Virus record (IMG/VR): IMGVR_UViG_3300045988_095842
DNA from: a virus
Reading direction: 5' to 3' (one strand)
Length of the DNA: 64,000 nt
This document shows positions 41,180 to 49,681 of the stretch, one piece after another. The notes under the pieces were generated by a model. It saw nothing but the letters and a program-made list of their open reading frames with translations, searched no databases and was not told the DNA's origin. The position numbers were made by a program, and so were the translations under genes. Within the stretch, counting starts at the first letter, position 1; each line of letters begins with the position of its first letter.

Positions 41180-43026
41180 TACTCATCCTCCGCCCATAAG
41201 TCAATCGTAGTCACGATATTTCCTGCATTGCTTAGAACAATGCGGTTTTTGCCTTTCTGGAAGCATGTAACATCTTTATGCTTACTATTTCCTGGATACA
41301 TGGAATCCGGATTTTCGAGTGAATCTTTCAGATCTTCCGGTGTTATATTCCTTGATTTCATCCGGTAGCCGGCATGTGCACTTACTTCCTTCACCGTAAC
41401 GCCATTCTGTGCTACCGTTCCCTTTACTGCTTTTGTGAACTCCCTTGCCGCTTTGTAATCTTTTTGTGATGACTGTCCGTTATGAGGGCCAGCAGCGTTC
41501 TGATTTCCATATGGCGCCCCGTCCACATTCATCATACCATCTTGCTGTAAATTGTCAGCGCTTTCCTGCGCATTTTCTTCACCCTGCAGATCACTGATCT
41601 TGTTCAGCTCAGCCTGTTGCTTGCGAAGATCAAAGGCTTCATCCGGAATTTCGAGATTATCATTTTCAACAATCCCCTGGATCTGATACTCGTTGGAATC
41701 AGCAAGACCCTTACGGACTTCGGACGGATCCAACGCCTGCATATCCACATAAATCTGTGCCGTAGAAGCCTTTGTCTGCTCTGTTCCAGCTTTAATGCTG
41801 TCCACATTCGCCTGTTCTTCCTCGGAAAGCTGTTTCAGCGGTTTGAATTTCACCTCATAATCAGGAATATCTACCTTCTTTTTGGCCTCTATCTCTTTTA
41901 AAACAGCCCTGATGACCTTTTCGGCTGCACCATGGTACGAATTCGCCTGAATTCTGTTCAATAACTGGAAATAATTATCTCTGTCATTGTCGCCGGTTGA
42001 ATCTTCTCCAGCCGGATCCTTTCCAAAGAGAATTGTCTGAGGAATGTCCGTGACAGCGGAAAGCATATTGCAAGTACGGTCGATCAGGTCGGATGCTCCG
42101 GACATCGATGCATTGATATACTGGTAATCCTCTCCATCATTATCAATCGCCATGGAATTGATGATATTCCGTGCCATATCGATTACCTGTAATCTCTGGA
42201 TTACCTTGTCTTCTCCTTCCTCAGTTGCGAGAAGCTGAGAAAGGTTTTTCATCTTATATACGCCGAGAACAGAACGCTCCAATAGTTTTGTGCCGTCATG
42301 ATGTGACGTAACGGTCTCTCTAAGGGCCTCTCTGATCTTCATATAGACAGGAATACCCCAATGCTTGTAAATCACGCTGTTGGCGCTCTCAGGCACTCTT
42401 CCGTTGCGGAATACAAGACACCTTGAGTAGTGAACGCGGAAAGATCCATACTGCGAATACACGTCATAAAACTCAGGATCTCCAAATTTCCGTTCTCTGT
42501 CTTCGCGGTCGATATCATGAAAGTAGCTAAAGTCCAATGTATCTGCCTGAACAATCGGTCTTTCGAACGTAATCAACTCTTCGATGCTTTTTACATTTTT
42601 CCAATTCAAAGGCTCATCAAGGCCTCTTCCATCATCCACAAGCATGACCACCAGAGCCCCGCCGTAAAGTCTGCTCCACTTTTCCGCAGTAGCCAGTGTA
42701 TCCGTAAAATCCAGCTTACTAAGCTTCTTCAGAACTTCTTTTTCAAGCTCATCACCCAGGTCAGAAAGATCCAGGCCTTTTGCGATAGCATCCTCTGCCG
42801 GCCGATCAATGATTTTTGCGAACAGACCATTTCCGATATACAGTGACGATAGCTTCGCATCCGAAGAAATTGCATCTGCACTATATTCCCATGCGGTAGA
42901 ATTATCCTTCATGGTTCCGACTTTGGTCAGCATGTTCATGTATCCGTCACTGCGATACTCGCTGACAGCCTGATTATATCGGCTGATTTCCTCTATCCGC
43001 TGAAGCGGATTGATTTGTACGCCCAT
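41179..43026 (-). CDS. Portal protein (DUF1073-type) with C-terminal BECR/DUF4258-like domain
   Basis: 615 aa after TerL; C-terminus SAHAGYRMKSRNITPEDLKDSLENPD...NRIVLSNAGNIVTTIDLW resembles DUF4258. Confidence 0.75.
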   Translation of the reverse strand: MGVQINPLQRIEEISRYNQAVSEYRSDGYMNMLTKVGTMKDNSTAWEYSADAISSDAKLSSLYIGNGLFAKIIDRPAEDAIAKGLDLSDLGDELEKEVLKKLSKLDFTDTLATAEKWSRLYGGALVVMLVDDGRGLDEPLNWKNVKSIEELITFERPIVQADTLDFSYFHDIDREDRERKFGDPEFYDVYSQYGSFRVHYSRCLVFRNGRVPESANSVIYKHWGIPVYMKIREALRETVTSHHDGTKLLERSVLGVYKMKNLSQLLATEEGEDKVIQRLQVIDMARNIINSMAIDNDGEDYQYINASMSGASDLIDRTCNMLSAVTDIPQTILFGKDPAGEDSTGDNDRDNYFQLLNRIQANSYHGAAEKVIRAVLKEIEAKKKVDIPDYEVKFKPLKQLSEEEQANVDSIKAGTEQTKASTAQIYVDMQALDPSEVRKGLADSNEYQIQGIVENDNLEIPDEAFDLRKQQAELNKISDLQGEENAQESADNLQQDGMMNVDGAPYGNQNAAGPHNGQSSQKDYKAAREFTKAVKGTVAQNGVTVKEVSAHAGYRMKSRNITPEDLKDSLENPDSMYPGNSKHKDVTCFQKGKNRIVLSNAGNIVTTIDLWAEDE

Positions 43027-43376
43027 TACAGATAACTCCTTCCATATCTTTTCATAAATGCTTCTCTGGCCGGATCTGAGTCTCCGTGTTCGCCTGATCT
43101 ATCTTTGTAATACTGCTTTTCCCAGGCGAGTTGCCCGATCATCTTTGACATTGCCTCAGCCATGCTGTTTCCGTGAATGATCAGTGTGCCGTTCTTTTTA
43201 TTTCCATTCTTTGGAATATAACCCATGTTGTGACAGGCATTTGTCACAGGGATCACCAGACCATCCTCATCTGCTTTCTCGCGATTGATTCCAAAAATTA
43301 AATGATGTACTGCCTCAGAAGGACGGCCCGTAAAAGCACACACGTCCATATAATCTGTCACTATGCTCTTTTTCAT
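43026..43376 (-). CDS. hypothetical protein, weak HNH-like pattern
   Basis: AVHHLIFG ... NACHN between TerL and portal; weak. Confidence 0.4.
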   Translation of the reverse strand: MKKSIVTDYMDVCAFTGRPSEAVHHLIFGINREKADEDGLVIPVTNACHNMGYIPKNGNKKNGTLIIHGNSMAEAMSKMIGQLAWEKQYYKDRSGEHGDSDPAREAFMKRYGRSYL

Positions 43377-43390
43377 TCCGTCCCTCTTTC

Positions 43391-44799
43391 CTATAGCATC
43401 GAATCTATGTTGAACATTCCATAGTTTGCCAGCTCATCAAATGCGGATGACGTAGCATCCACCATGTCCTTAAACTTTGAATCCGGAAAACTCTCAAGCT
43501 GTGAGAAGTAATCGTCATTCCATTCTCCCTGCACAACATCAAAGAACCCATGCTGCCATTGCGCAGCTACAGGCGTTGCCCGGAACGTCTTATCTCCTGT
43601 CTCTGTCCGTGCAGAAACATCAAATCCGGCAAGTTCAGACACAAAAAAAGCCGCCTGACTCTTTCCGGCTTGTCCGGGGTCCTGCGGAATTCTGACTTTC
43701 ACATATCCATATGATGCTCTATCCGAAATTGCTGTGTTTTTAATCAGCGATAATACTTCTCCTGCAGCAAGCCTCATGTTTATTACATCAAGGATTGCGT
43801 ATCTGTTATTTTTCAACACCGCCATGAGAACGCCTGCTGTATATGCAGGATCTCCGTTCTCATCCTCTGAAGTAGCCGCCAGATCCCATCCACGACACAT
43901 CGCAATAATGTCGTCCTTGCGGATCTGTTCCTTTTGAATCAGCTTGACCTGTCCCCTCTGGAACATTAACCCTGCATGGTTCCGGATCTTCCAGTTTCCA
44001 TTCAGAAGGCGTTCTCTCTCTACCATCGGAAGGTTGAGAAGGTTCGTCATATACTGAGGATTCGTCCTCAGCAGTTCTTTATTGTCCTGGACAGAAGAAG
44101 GTATGAATGTAACTGATTTTGCGACAAACGGAAGAAGATCCTCTGTCACTCCATCTTCCCTTGCATACAGGATTGCATCGTCTTTATTATCAAACCAGTG
44201 AATTACGCCCTTTAACCGGACCATCCACCGGATTACTCCAGCTCTTTCTTTAATCGGATATCCGGAATCCTGATCTATCCACCATGAAATAAATTTCGCC
44301 ACCCAGGAATCAGAATCCGGATTGCATGTTGCCCTGATATACGGCTGAACACCACATATAGAACGGTTTCTGGACAGCATATAGAAGAACTGATACTCGC
44401 TGAAGTGACATAACTCATCAAACTCGATCAGACATATCTGAGATCCCTGCCATTGCTCACAATCTTCATTCCTGGACAGATGAGCGAATGTAATCGATGC
44501 TCCAGACTGAAATGACCAATGCATCTTCGGTGTCTTTCCGGAATGCGCTCCCTTAACAAAGGGATATATTTCTCTTGCAGAGTCCCAAAGACCTCCAGGA
44601 GCCGTAATCTGTGTATAGGCGTGACGCAGGATCAGCACATTGAATTTTGGATTATCAATATGCCTTAACGGTTCAAGAAGCTCTGCGAACGTCTTCCCGC
44701 CGGTCAGCCGCCCGCGGCGCCGCCATATACCACAATGTCTGCACTGGAAGACAAAAACGCTTCCTGCGGACCTGGCTGCGGAGCAAATACCGTGGACAT
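43391..44799 (-). pseudogene. terL: Terminase large subunit, reading frame broken inside Walker A by an 8-nt insert carrying TGA
   Basis: N-part ..VVYGGAAGG-TGA (stop 44704-44706); GKTFAELLEPLRH.. continues in another frame from 44698; Walker B ICLIEFDE; removing 8 nt restores YGGAAGGGKT. Confidence 0.75.
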
Positions 44800-44827
44800 T
44801 TGATCACCCCCTTCCGTCACCACATAC

Positions 44828-45178
44828 TCATTCTGCGTCCGGTCTTCCGTTATCAGGGATATAGATCTGTACTCCCTGCTCTGCTGTAACGCCAAGCCTT
44901 ACATCGTCTTTCTGTCCCAGGTACTGCTTTCCGAGGAATATTGCCATGGATGCTGACTTGTCTGCCAGCTTCCACTGCTTTCTTCTCAGTGAGATTTTGC
45001 CAGCCGCCCGGTATTCCGCAAAAACATCCGCAAAACTCCTGTGATATGTTCTCTTGCACCATCGCTCAATTGTGTCTGTCGAACATTTGAACCAGCATGC
45101 TATTTCTTCCAATGTGCACTGTAAACTACATAGGTTTTCGAACACTCCTTTGTCTATTTTTGTTCTCGGTCTTGCCAT
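44828..45178 (-). CDS. terS: Terminase small subunit
   Basis: HTH-like N-terminus, ISLRRKQWKLADKSASMAIFLGKQYLGQKD pattern; directly upstream of terL. Confidence 0.7.
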   Translation of the reverse strand: MARPRTKIDKGVFENLCSLQCTLEEIACWFKCSTDTIERWCKRTYHRSFADVFAEYRAAGKISLRRKQWKLADKSASMAIFLGKQYLGQKDDVRLGVTAEQGVQIYIPDNGRPDAE

Positions 45179-45180
45179 AT

Positions 45181-45624
45181 CTACCACTCATATCCGCATT
45201 TTGGACACTTGTGTGTCTTGCGGAGCTCCTTTTCTATGTTCTCCTTCTCCGACTTGAACCCAAAATCAGCCATATTAAATATGTCTTTCAGTTCCATTAA
45301 CTCCTGATGGAGCTTGTCCTTATCCCAAACCGCAATTTCAGCAACCTTGTTATCTGCCAGTCGGAATGCTGTTACCTGTTCCTCTGTAAGGTCATCTGCA
45401 ATAATTGTCGGTACATTTTCAATCCCAAGCTGCTGTGCTGCAAGGAACCTCGTATGACCACAGATGATTACATTTTCCTTATCCAGGATGATGGGATTCA
45501 GGAATCCAAATTCCTTAATGGAATTGCGGACTGACTTCACCGCTTTTTCATTCCGTCTTGGGTTATTCTCGTAGTAATAAATACTATCCAGCGGTTTATA
45601 TACGATCTTTAATTCTTTAGCCAT
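45181..45624 (-). CDS. ParB-like nuclease domain protein with C-terminal zinc ribbon
   Basis: ENNPRRNEKAV..IICGHTRFLAA..RLADNK; C-terminal CPKCG. Confidence 0.7.
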   Translation of the reverse strand: MAKELKIVYKPLDSIYYYENNPRRNEKAVKSVRNSIKEFGFLNPIILDKENVIICGHTRFLAAQQLGIENVPTIIADDLTEEQVTAFRLADNKVAEIAVWDKDKLHQELMELKDIFNMADFGFKSEKENIEKELRKTHKCPKCGYEW

Positions 45625-46634
45625 TGCTCATACACCTCCACCGCTATATTTGCCTCCATATTCGGAGGAACGCTCATTCCGCATACATACTGAGGATCGT
45701 TCCCGCAGAAGTCATAATCCTGTGGGAAGGTCTGTACATTTCTAAAGTCATTTCCGCAGAACAACTCCTTGTCGCAAAACCTCCAGAAATCCCCACTTGA
45801 TGTAATTGCCTGGACGACTTCATTATCTCCGGTAATTCTCGTACTGAAATACTGGTTTTTCTTTCCGGTCAATCTCTTATAAACCTCTTCTCCAGAAGTT
45901 TCTCCGGGAAGTGCTCTATCCACCAATTGTTTTGTCACACTATTTGGAGTTCCCTTTATTCCGTGCTCTGCTCGCACCTCTTTGAATGGAATCCTGTCAT
46001 AATGGAAGTCCAGTTTCAGTTTCGGATATCCCATCCGGTTTGCTATGAAGAACACTCTGTGTCTTGCGGTCGGACAATCCATCCTTGCAGCATTCAGCTT
46101 AAATATCTGCACATCATATCCAAGTTCCTTGAACCGCTTCAGGATCTGATTGACATAGCCCTTTGCATTACCGGTCAGAAGACCAGGAACATTTTCTGCA
46201 ATTACAACCTTCGGCTTCAGTTTTTCAACTGTATCCAGAAAAAACAAAAAGAGGTCATCAAGCACTTGCGGTGCCTGACCCTCTCTGAATTTCTTTTTAA
46301 CGCCCCATCCTTCTTCTCGCTTTCCAACCATGGAAAATGTCGAACATGGAGGCGATCCGTCCAGAATATCCAGATGATAGAGTTCTTCCGGAATATCAGT
46401 CAGTTCATTGAACTTCCGCAGATCCATGTTGAAGTTGTACTTCGGATGGTGGTTTTGGACATACATAGCATTGATTTTAGGATCAATTTCAACATTTCCG
46501 ATCACATGGAAGCCGGCTCTTTTGTATCCCATGGAGGATCCACCGCCACAGCTAAAAGTGGTCAGAACTTTGACGTCCTTATCCGGATTCAAATCTTTCA
46601 GATTCCATTTCCAGTCAAATCTGTGCCCGCTCAT
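45609..46634 (-). CDS. dcm: DNA (cytosine-5)-methyltransferase
   Basis: FSCGGGSSMGY (motif I), GSPPCSTFS (motif IV), AENVPGL (VI), QTFPQDY (VIII), GMSVPP (X). Confidence 0.85.
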   Translation of the reverse strand: MSGHRFDWKWNLKDLNPDKDVKVLTTFSCGGGSSMGYKRAGFHVIGNVEIDPKINAMYVQNHHPKYNFNMDLRKFNELTDIPEELYHLDILDGSPPCSTFSMVGKREEGWGVKKKFREGQAPQVLDDLFLFFLDTVEKLKPKVVIAENVPGLLTGNAKGYVNQILKRFKELGYDVQIFKLNAARMDCPTARHRVFFIANRMGYPKLKLDFHYDRIPFKEVRAEHGIKGTPNSVTKQLVDRALPGETSGEEVYKRLTGKKNQYFSTRITGDNEVVQAITSSGDFWRFCDKELFCGNDFRNVQTFPQDYDFCGNDPQYVCGMSVPPNMEANIAVEVYEQWLKN

Positions 46635-47149
46635 TCCTCTTCCCCCTTTTTATCGTTGAATCGGAATCCGCAGATCGGACACTCGCAGTTAAACATTTCG
46701 TCCTCAAAGTCATCCAGACTGACTTCCTCAGAATCATCGATGTTCTGCTCTTTGACATTTTCATTTAAAGCTTCATCGAGGGAATCAAATCCAAACTGTC
46801 CCATGTCGATCTCTTCAATCTTGTCCAGTTCTTCGTCCAGTTTGTTGTATTCCCACTTGGCCTCTTCCTGCGTTTTATTATCAACAAGTCGATACGCCTG
46901 TACCTGCTCAGAAGACAGATCCTCCGTACAAATAGTCGGAACCTCATCCATGCCAAGCTCTTTTGCAGCAAGATATCTTGTGTGACCGGCAACGATCGTC
47001 CCTGCCAGATCTACGATAATAGGAACCTTGAATCCGAATTCTTTGATTGAAGCCGCCACTCTCGGAACCGCTGCTGCATTTTCTCTCGGGTTGTTTTCAT
47101 ACGGATGAAGGTCATCCAGCTTCATCATCGTAATTTTCAGCTCTTTCAT
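46631..47149 (-). CDS. ParB-like nuclease domain protein with C-terminal zinc ribbon
   Basis: ENNPRENAAAV..IVAGHTRYLAA..RLVDNK; CECPICG; start at second ATG 47149. Confidence 0.7.
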   Translation of the reverse strand: MKELKITMMKLDDLHPYENNPRENAAAVPRVAASIKEFGFKVPIIVDLAGTIVAGHTRYLAAKELGMDEVPTICTEDLSSEQVQAYRLVDNKTQEEAKWEYNKLDEELDKIEEIDMGQFGFDSLDEALNENVKEQNIDDSEEVSLDDFEDEMFNCECPICGFRFNDKKGEEE

Positions 47150-47180
47150 GCTTTCTCGTCCTTTCATCTTCGCCAGAAGG

Positions 47181-47215
47181 AAATAAAAAAAGGACTCATA
47201 CCGAAGTATGAATCC
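47181..47215 (-). terminator. Rho-independent terminator immediately upstream of the packaging operon
   Basis: GGATTCATAC-TTCG-GTATGAGTCC followed by TTTTTTTATTT on minus strand, 14-30 nt before ParB start. Confidence 0.7.
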
Positions 47216-47469
47216 TCGCGCTCTTTATTATGCCAGTGGAACAGGTGCTGTAGATTTGTCTTAACAGGGTGTTTGGGAGAAATCAAAATGGCACTCATTT
47301 TCTGGAAATAAGGCGGCTCGGACCCCAAGCCGCCTTATTGATCCGAAAGGAGCAGCGTATGCGTGGCCTCTTCCTACTGGCACTTTACATGATAGCATCG
47401 TCCAAACGACAACGTAAACGACATATTTACGACATTGATAATTTTCGTCCATTCCAGTTAATGCATTGA
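47216..47469 (-). promoter_or_regulatory. Non-coding structured leader between dUTPase and packaging genes
   Basis: No credible ORF; 12-bp perfect hairpin AATAAGGCGGCT..AGCCGCCTTATT at 47307-47340; promoter-like TTTACG-n18-TATCAT on minus strand. Confidence 0.45.
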
Positions 47470-47892
47470 TCATTTACCCGTCGAACCAAAGCCATTGCTT
47501 CCACGCTCAGAATCCTCAAGGTTTTTGACCTCTCTTACTCCATCGAGAAGCACCGGAATAATGACAATCTGGGAGATCTTATCCCCTCTCTTAACCTCAT
47601 AGTCCTGATCACTGTCGTTATATAATTTAACAACGATGCTCCCTGTATATCCGCTGTCAATAACGCCTTCTCCTCTAAGCCCATGATTAACGTTCAGCCC
47701 GCTCTTTGACTTCAGGAAGCCAACGTATCCTTCCGGAATAGCCATGTGCACGCCTGTATCAAATGTCGCTGAATTATGCTTGTATATGACCTTATCTTCC
47801 CTGGAGCGGAGATCCATGCCGGCATCCAGTATATGTGCTCTCTCCGGAAGATATGCTCCCTCATCCAACATTACATCAATCTTGTATTTCAT
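47470..47892 (-). CDS. dut: dUTP diphosphatase
   Basis: DAGMDLRS, GVIDSGYTGSIVVKLYN, RGSNGFGSTG motifs. Confidence 0.9.
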   Translation of the reverse strand: MKYKIDVMLDEGAYLPERAHILDAGMDLRSREDKVIYKHNSATFDTGVHMAIPEGYVGFLKSKSGLNVNHGLRGEGVIDSGYTGSIVVKLYNDSDQDYEVKRGDKISQIVIIPVLLDGVREVKNLEDSERGSNGFGSTGK

Positions 47893-47901
47893 CTGGTCTC
47901 C

Positions 47902-48438
47902 TTAGTCAAAATACTCTGAATCCGGCCTCAAAAAGTACGCTACGCTGTCCACAGCCATATACAGATCTCTCTGCGTCGTTCTTTCAACAACGCCTTCCTT
48001 CTCCGCAATCTGAGGAATCGTCCATTCCTGGTCATCAAGGAATCTCATTTTGAGCGACCGGCATTGCCGCTTCTTTTCATCGCTCGAAGATCTATTGCAA
48101 GACGCACAGTACATATCGATAGCATTATCAATATCTCGAAGCTGCACATAATTTCTGACACGTCTCGCCTGGTCTTCATCCAAAACTCTTTGAATGTTGT
48201 CCTCACGGTCTTCCATAAGCCCACGCAAATAGTCATCACGATACTGTTCCACCTCTTCCAGTGTTGGTGGCGTATTGTCATTCTCGACCACCATCTTGAG
48301 ATCCTTGTACTTTGTCAGAATCTTCAACATCTTGGCATGAATCGCTTTATGGGTCTTCTTGCTTGCTTTTTCTTCCTCTTCCTTGCAGATAGTCCGGAGC
48401 TTTCTGCAAATTTCGTCCAGCGTAAACTCTTCACTCAA
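47902..48438 (-). CDS. Putative late-gene transcriptional regulator (sigma-70 region-4-like HTH; ArpU/RinA-like position)
   Basis: WTIPQIAEKEGVVERTTQRDLYMAVDSV HTH at C-terminus; last regulator-like gene before packaging genes. Confidence 0.5.
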   Translation of the reverse strand: MSEEFTLDEICRKLRTICKEEEEKASKKTHKAIHAKMLKILTKYKDLKMVVENDNTPPTLEEVEQYRDDYLRGLMEDREDNIQRVLDEDQARRVRNYVQLRDIDNAIDMYCASCNRSSSDEKKRQCRSLKMRFLDDQEWTIPQIAEKEGVVERTTQRDLYMAVDSVAYFLRPDSEYFD

Positions 48439-48635
48439 AGTCCAGTCCCTCTCATCAAATCAAACCACTGATAGCACCTCCCATCTGCCGCTCTGACAAA
48501 ATGAGGATAAATCCCTACTACTGTGATTTCCTTCGGCTTGCAGTCCCCTTCTCTTACCATGACCTGATCTCCAATATGGATCTGAGCCATGGCATTCTGT
48601 ATTCTTTCGGGTGTAATAACATTAGTTCTGCGCAT
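48435..48635 (-). CDS. hypothetical protein (start ATG 48635)
   Basis: RBS GGAGG; 14-nt overlap with upstream gene. Confidence 0.5.
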   Translation of the reverse strand: MRRTNVITPERIQNAMAQIHIGDQVMVREGDCKPKEITVVGIYPHFVRAADGRCYQWFDLMRGTGL

Positions 48636-49668
48636 TCTTGGTACCTCCGATACGGATTCCTGCATCTTTCAAATTCTGCACAAGCTCCATAAGCTCTGCC
48701 TTTGTTCCAAGAAGCTGCATGTTTACCACACCTCTGAATGCAACATTGTTTTTTCTGATCAGGTCAAGAAGCATTCCTGCGGTTTCTCCGTTGATGACGA
48801 CGCTGATTGATGTCATCACCTTCGGATCATCACTCTCCGGAGTTTTTTCGTTCCGGCTTTCCGCACAGGCTGCTTCCAGTCTGTCTTTCTTTTCTTCCGG
48901 CTCTTCTTCGCTTCTCAACGGCTCTTCCTGCTGTTTTTCCTCCGCAGGCATGCCATTTACCACATCTTTGCCTTCCAGCTTGTTTATGAGCCGTTCTGCC
49001 GCCTTCTCGTGGCCTTCTCTTGCTTTTTCCTCTTCCAGTCTCTTCTGCACTGTGCGATGACGGTTCACTTCCGCAATCGCCATGCCGATGTCATAGGATT
49101 TTTCGTACTCGGCAATTGCAATCACCTTTTCGTCATCTGCCAAATTGGAGATGTACTCATACCCGGATCTGATCGTCTGCACCTTGGCATCGATTTCTTC
49201 CTTCACGCGTTTCATGGACACGGATGCATTCAACCAGGAAGCATTGAAAAGCTTTGTAGAATCAACTTTTTCACTCAGGTCTCCCAGTGCCTCGGAAAAC
49301 AGGCTCAGAATTTCGGCTTTTTTCCGCTCTTTCTCTTTTTCTTCAAATCCCTTGATCTGCTGATCAATACCGGAAATTGCTTCCGTCAACGCCGTAGATA
49401 CTTCAGCCACCTCTTTTTCAAAAAGGTCATACGGGAGGTTGACAATCTTCTTGACCTGCTTTCTCCGATCTTCGATCTCCTTCTTCAGCTTGTTCAACTT
49501 CGCACGGTCTTTCTTTGCTTCCTGAAGCTGATCTTCGCTATAAGCCAGGTTCTGATAGTCCGCAACAATCGCATTGATTCCCTCTGCGATCTGCTCCTTG
49601 TTCCAGTCGATGTGCTTGAGCCACTGTCCATCCACAGGATTGCTGATTACGAGTGCCAGTTCTTCCAT
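48622..49668 (-). CDS. DUF1351-like phage protein (start ATG 49668)
   Basis: NPVDGQWLKHIDWNKEQIAEGINAIVADYQNLAYSEDQLQEAKKDRAKLNKL pattern; RBS GGGAG. Confidence 0.6.
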   Translation of the reverse strand: MEELALVISNPVDGQWLKHIDWNKEQIAEGINAIVADYQNLAYSEDQLQEAKKDRAKLNKLKKEIEDRRKQVKKIVNLPYDLFEKEVAEVSTALTEAISGIDQQIKGFEEKEKERKKAEILSLFSEALGDLSEKVDSTKLFNASWLNASVSMKRVKEEIDAKVQTIRSGYEYISNLADDEKVIAIAEYEKSYDIGMAIAEVNRHRTVQKRLEEEKAREGHEKAAERLINKLEGKDVVNGMPAEEKQQEEPLRSEEEPEEKKDRLEAACAESRNEKTPESDDPKVMTSISVVINGETAGMLLDLIRKNNVAFRGVVNMQLLGTKAELMELVQNLKDAGIRIGGTKNAQN

Positions 49669-49681
49669 CTTTTCTCCCTTC

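Noticed and set aside
45927-46985. Long plus-strand ORFs (45927..46985 of 352 aa, 33072..34073 of 333 aa, 52997..53914 of 305 aa, 8474..9280, 49009..49794 and many others)
   Set aside because: All of them lie antisense to minus-strand genes with clear motifs (Dcm, MCP, RecT and so on). They have low-complexity, Cys/Ser/Leu-rich translations and no RBS, so they are shadow ORFs.
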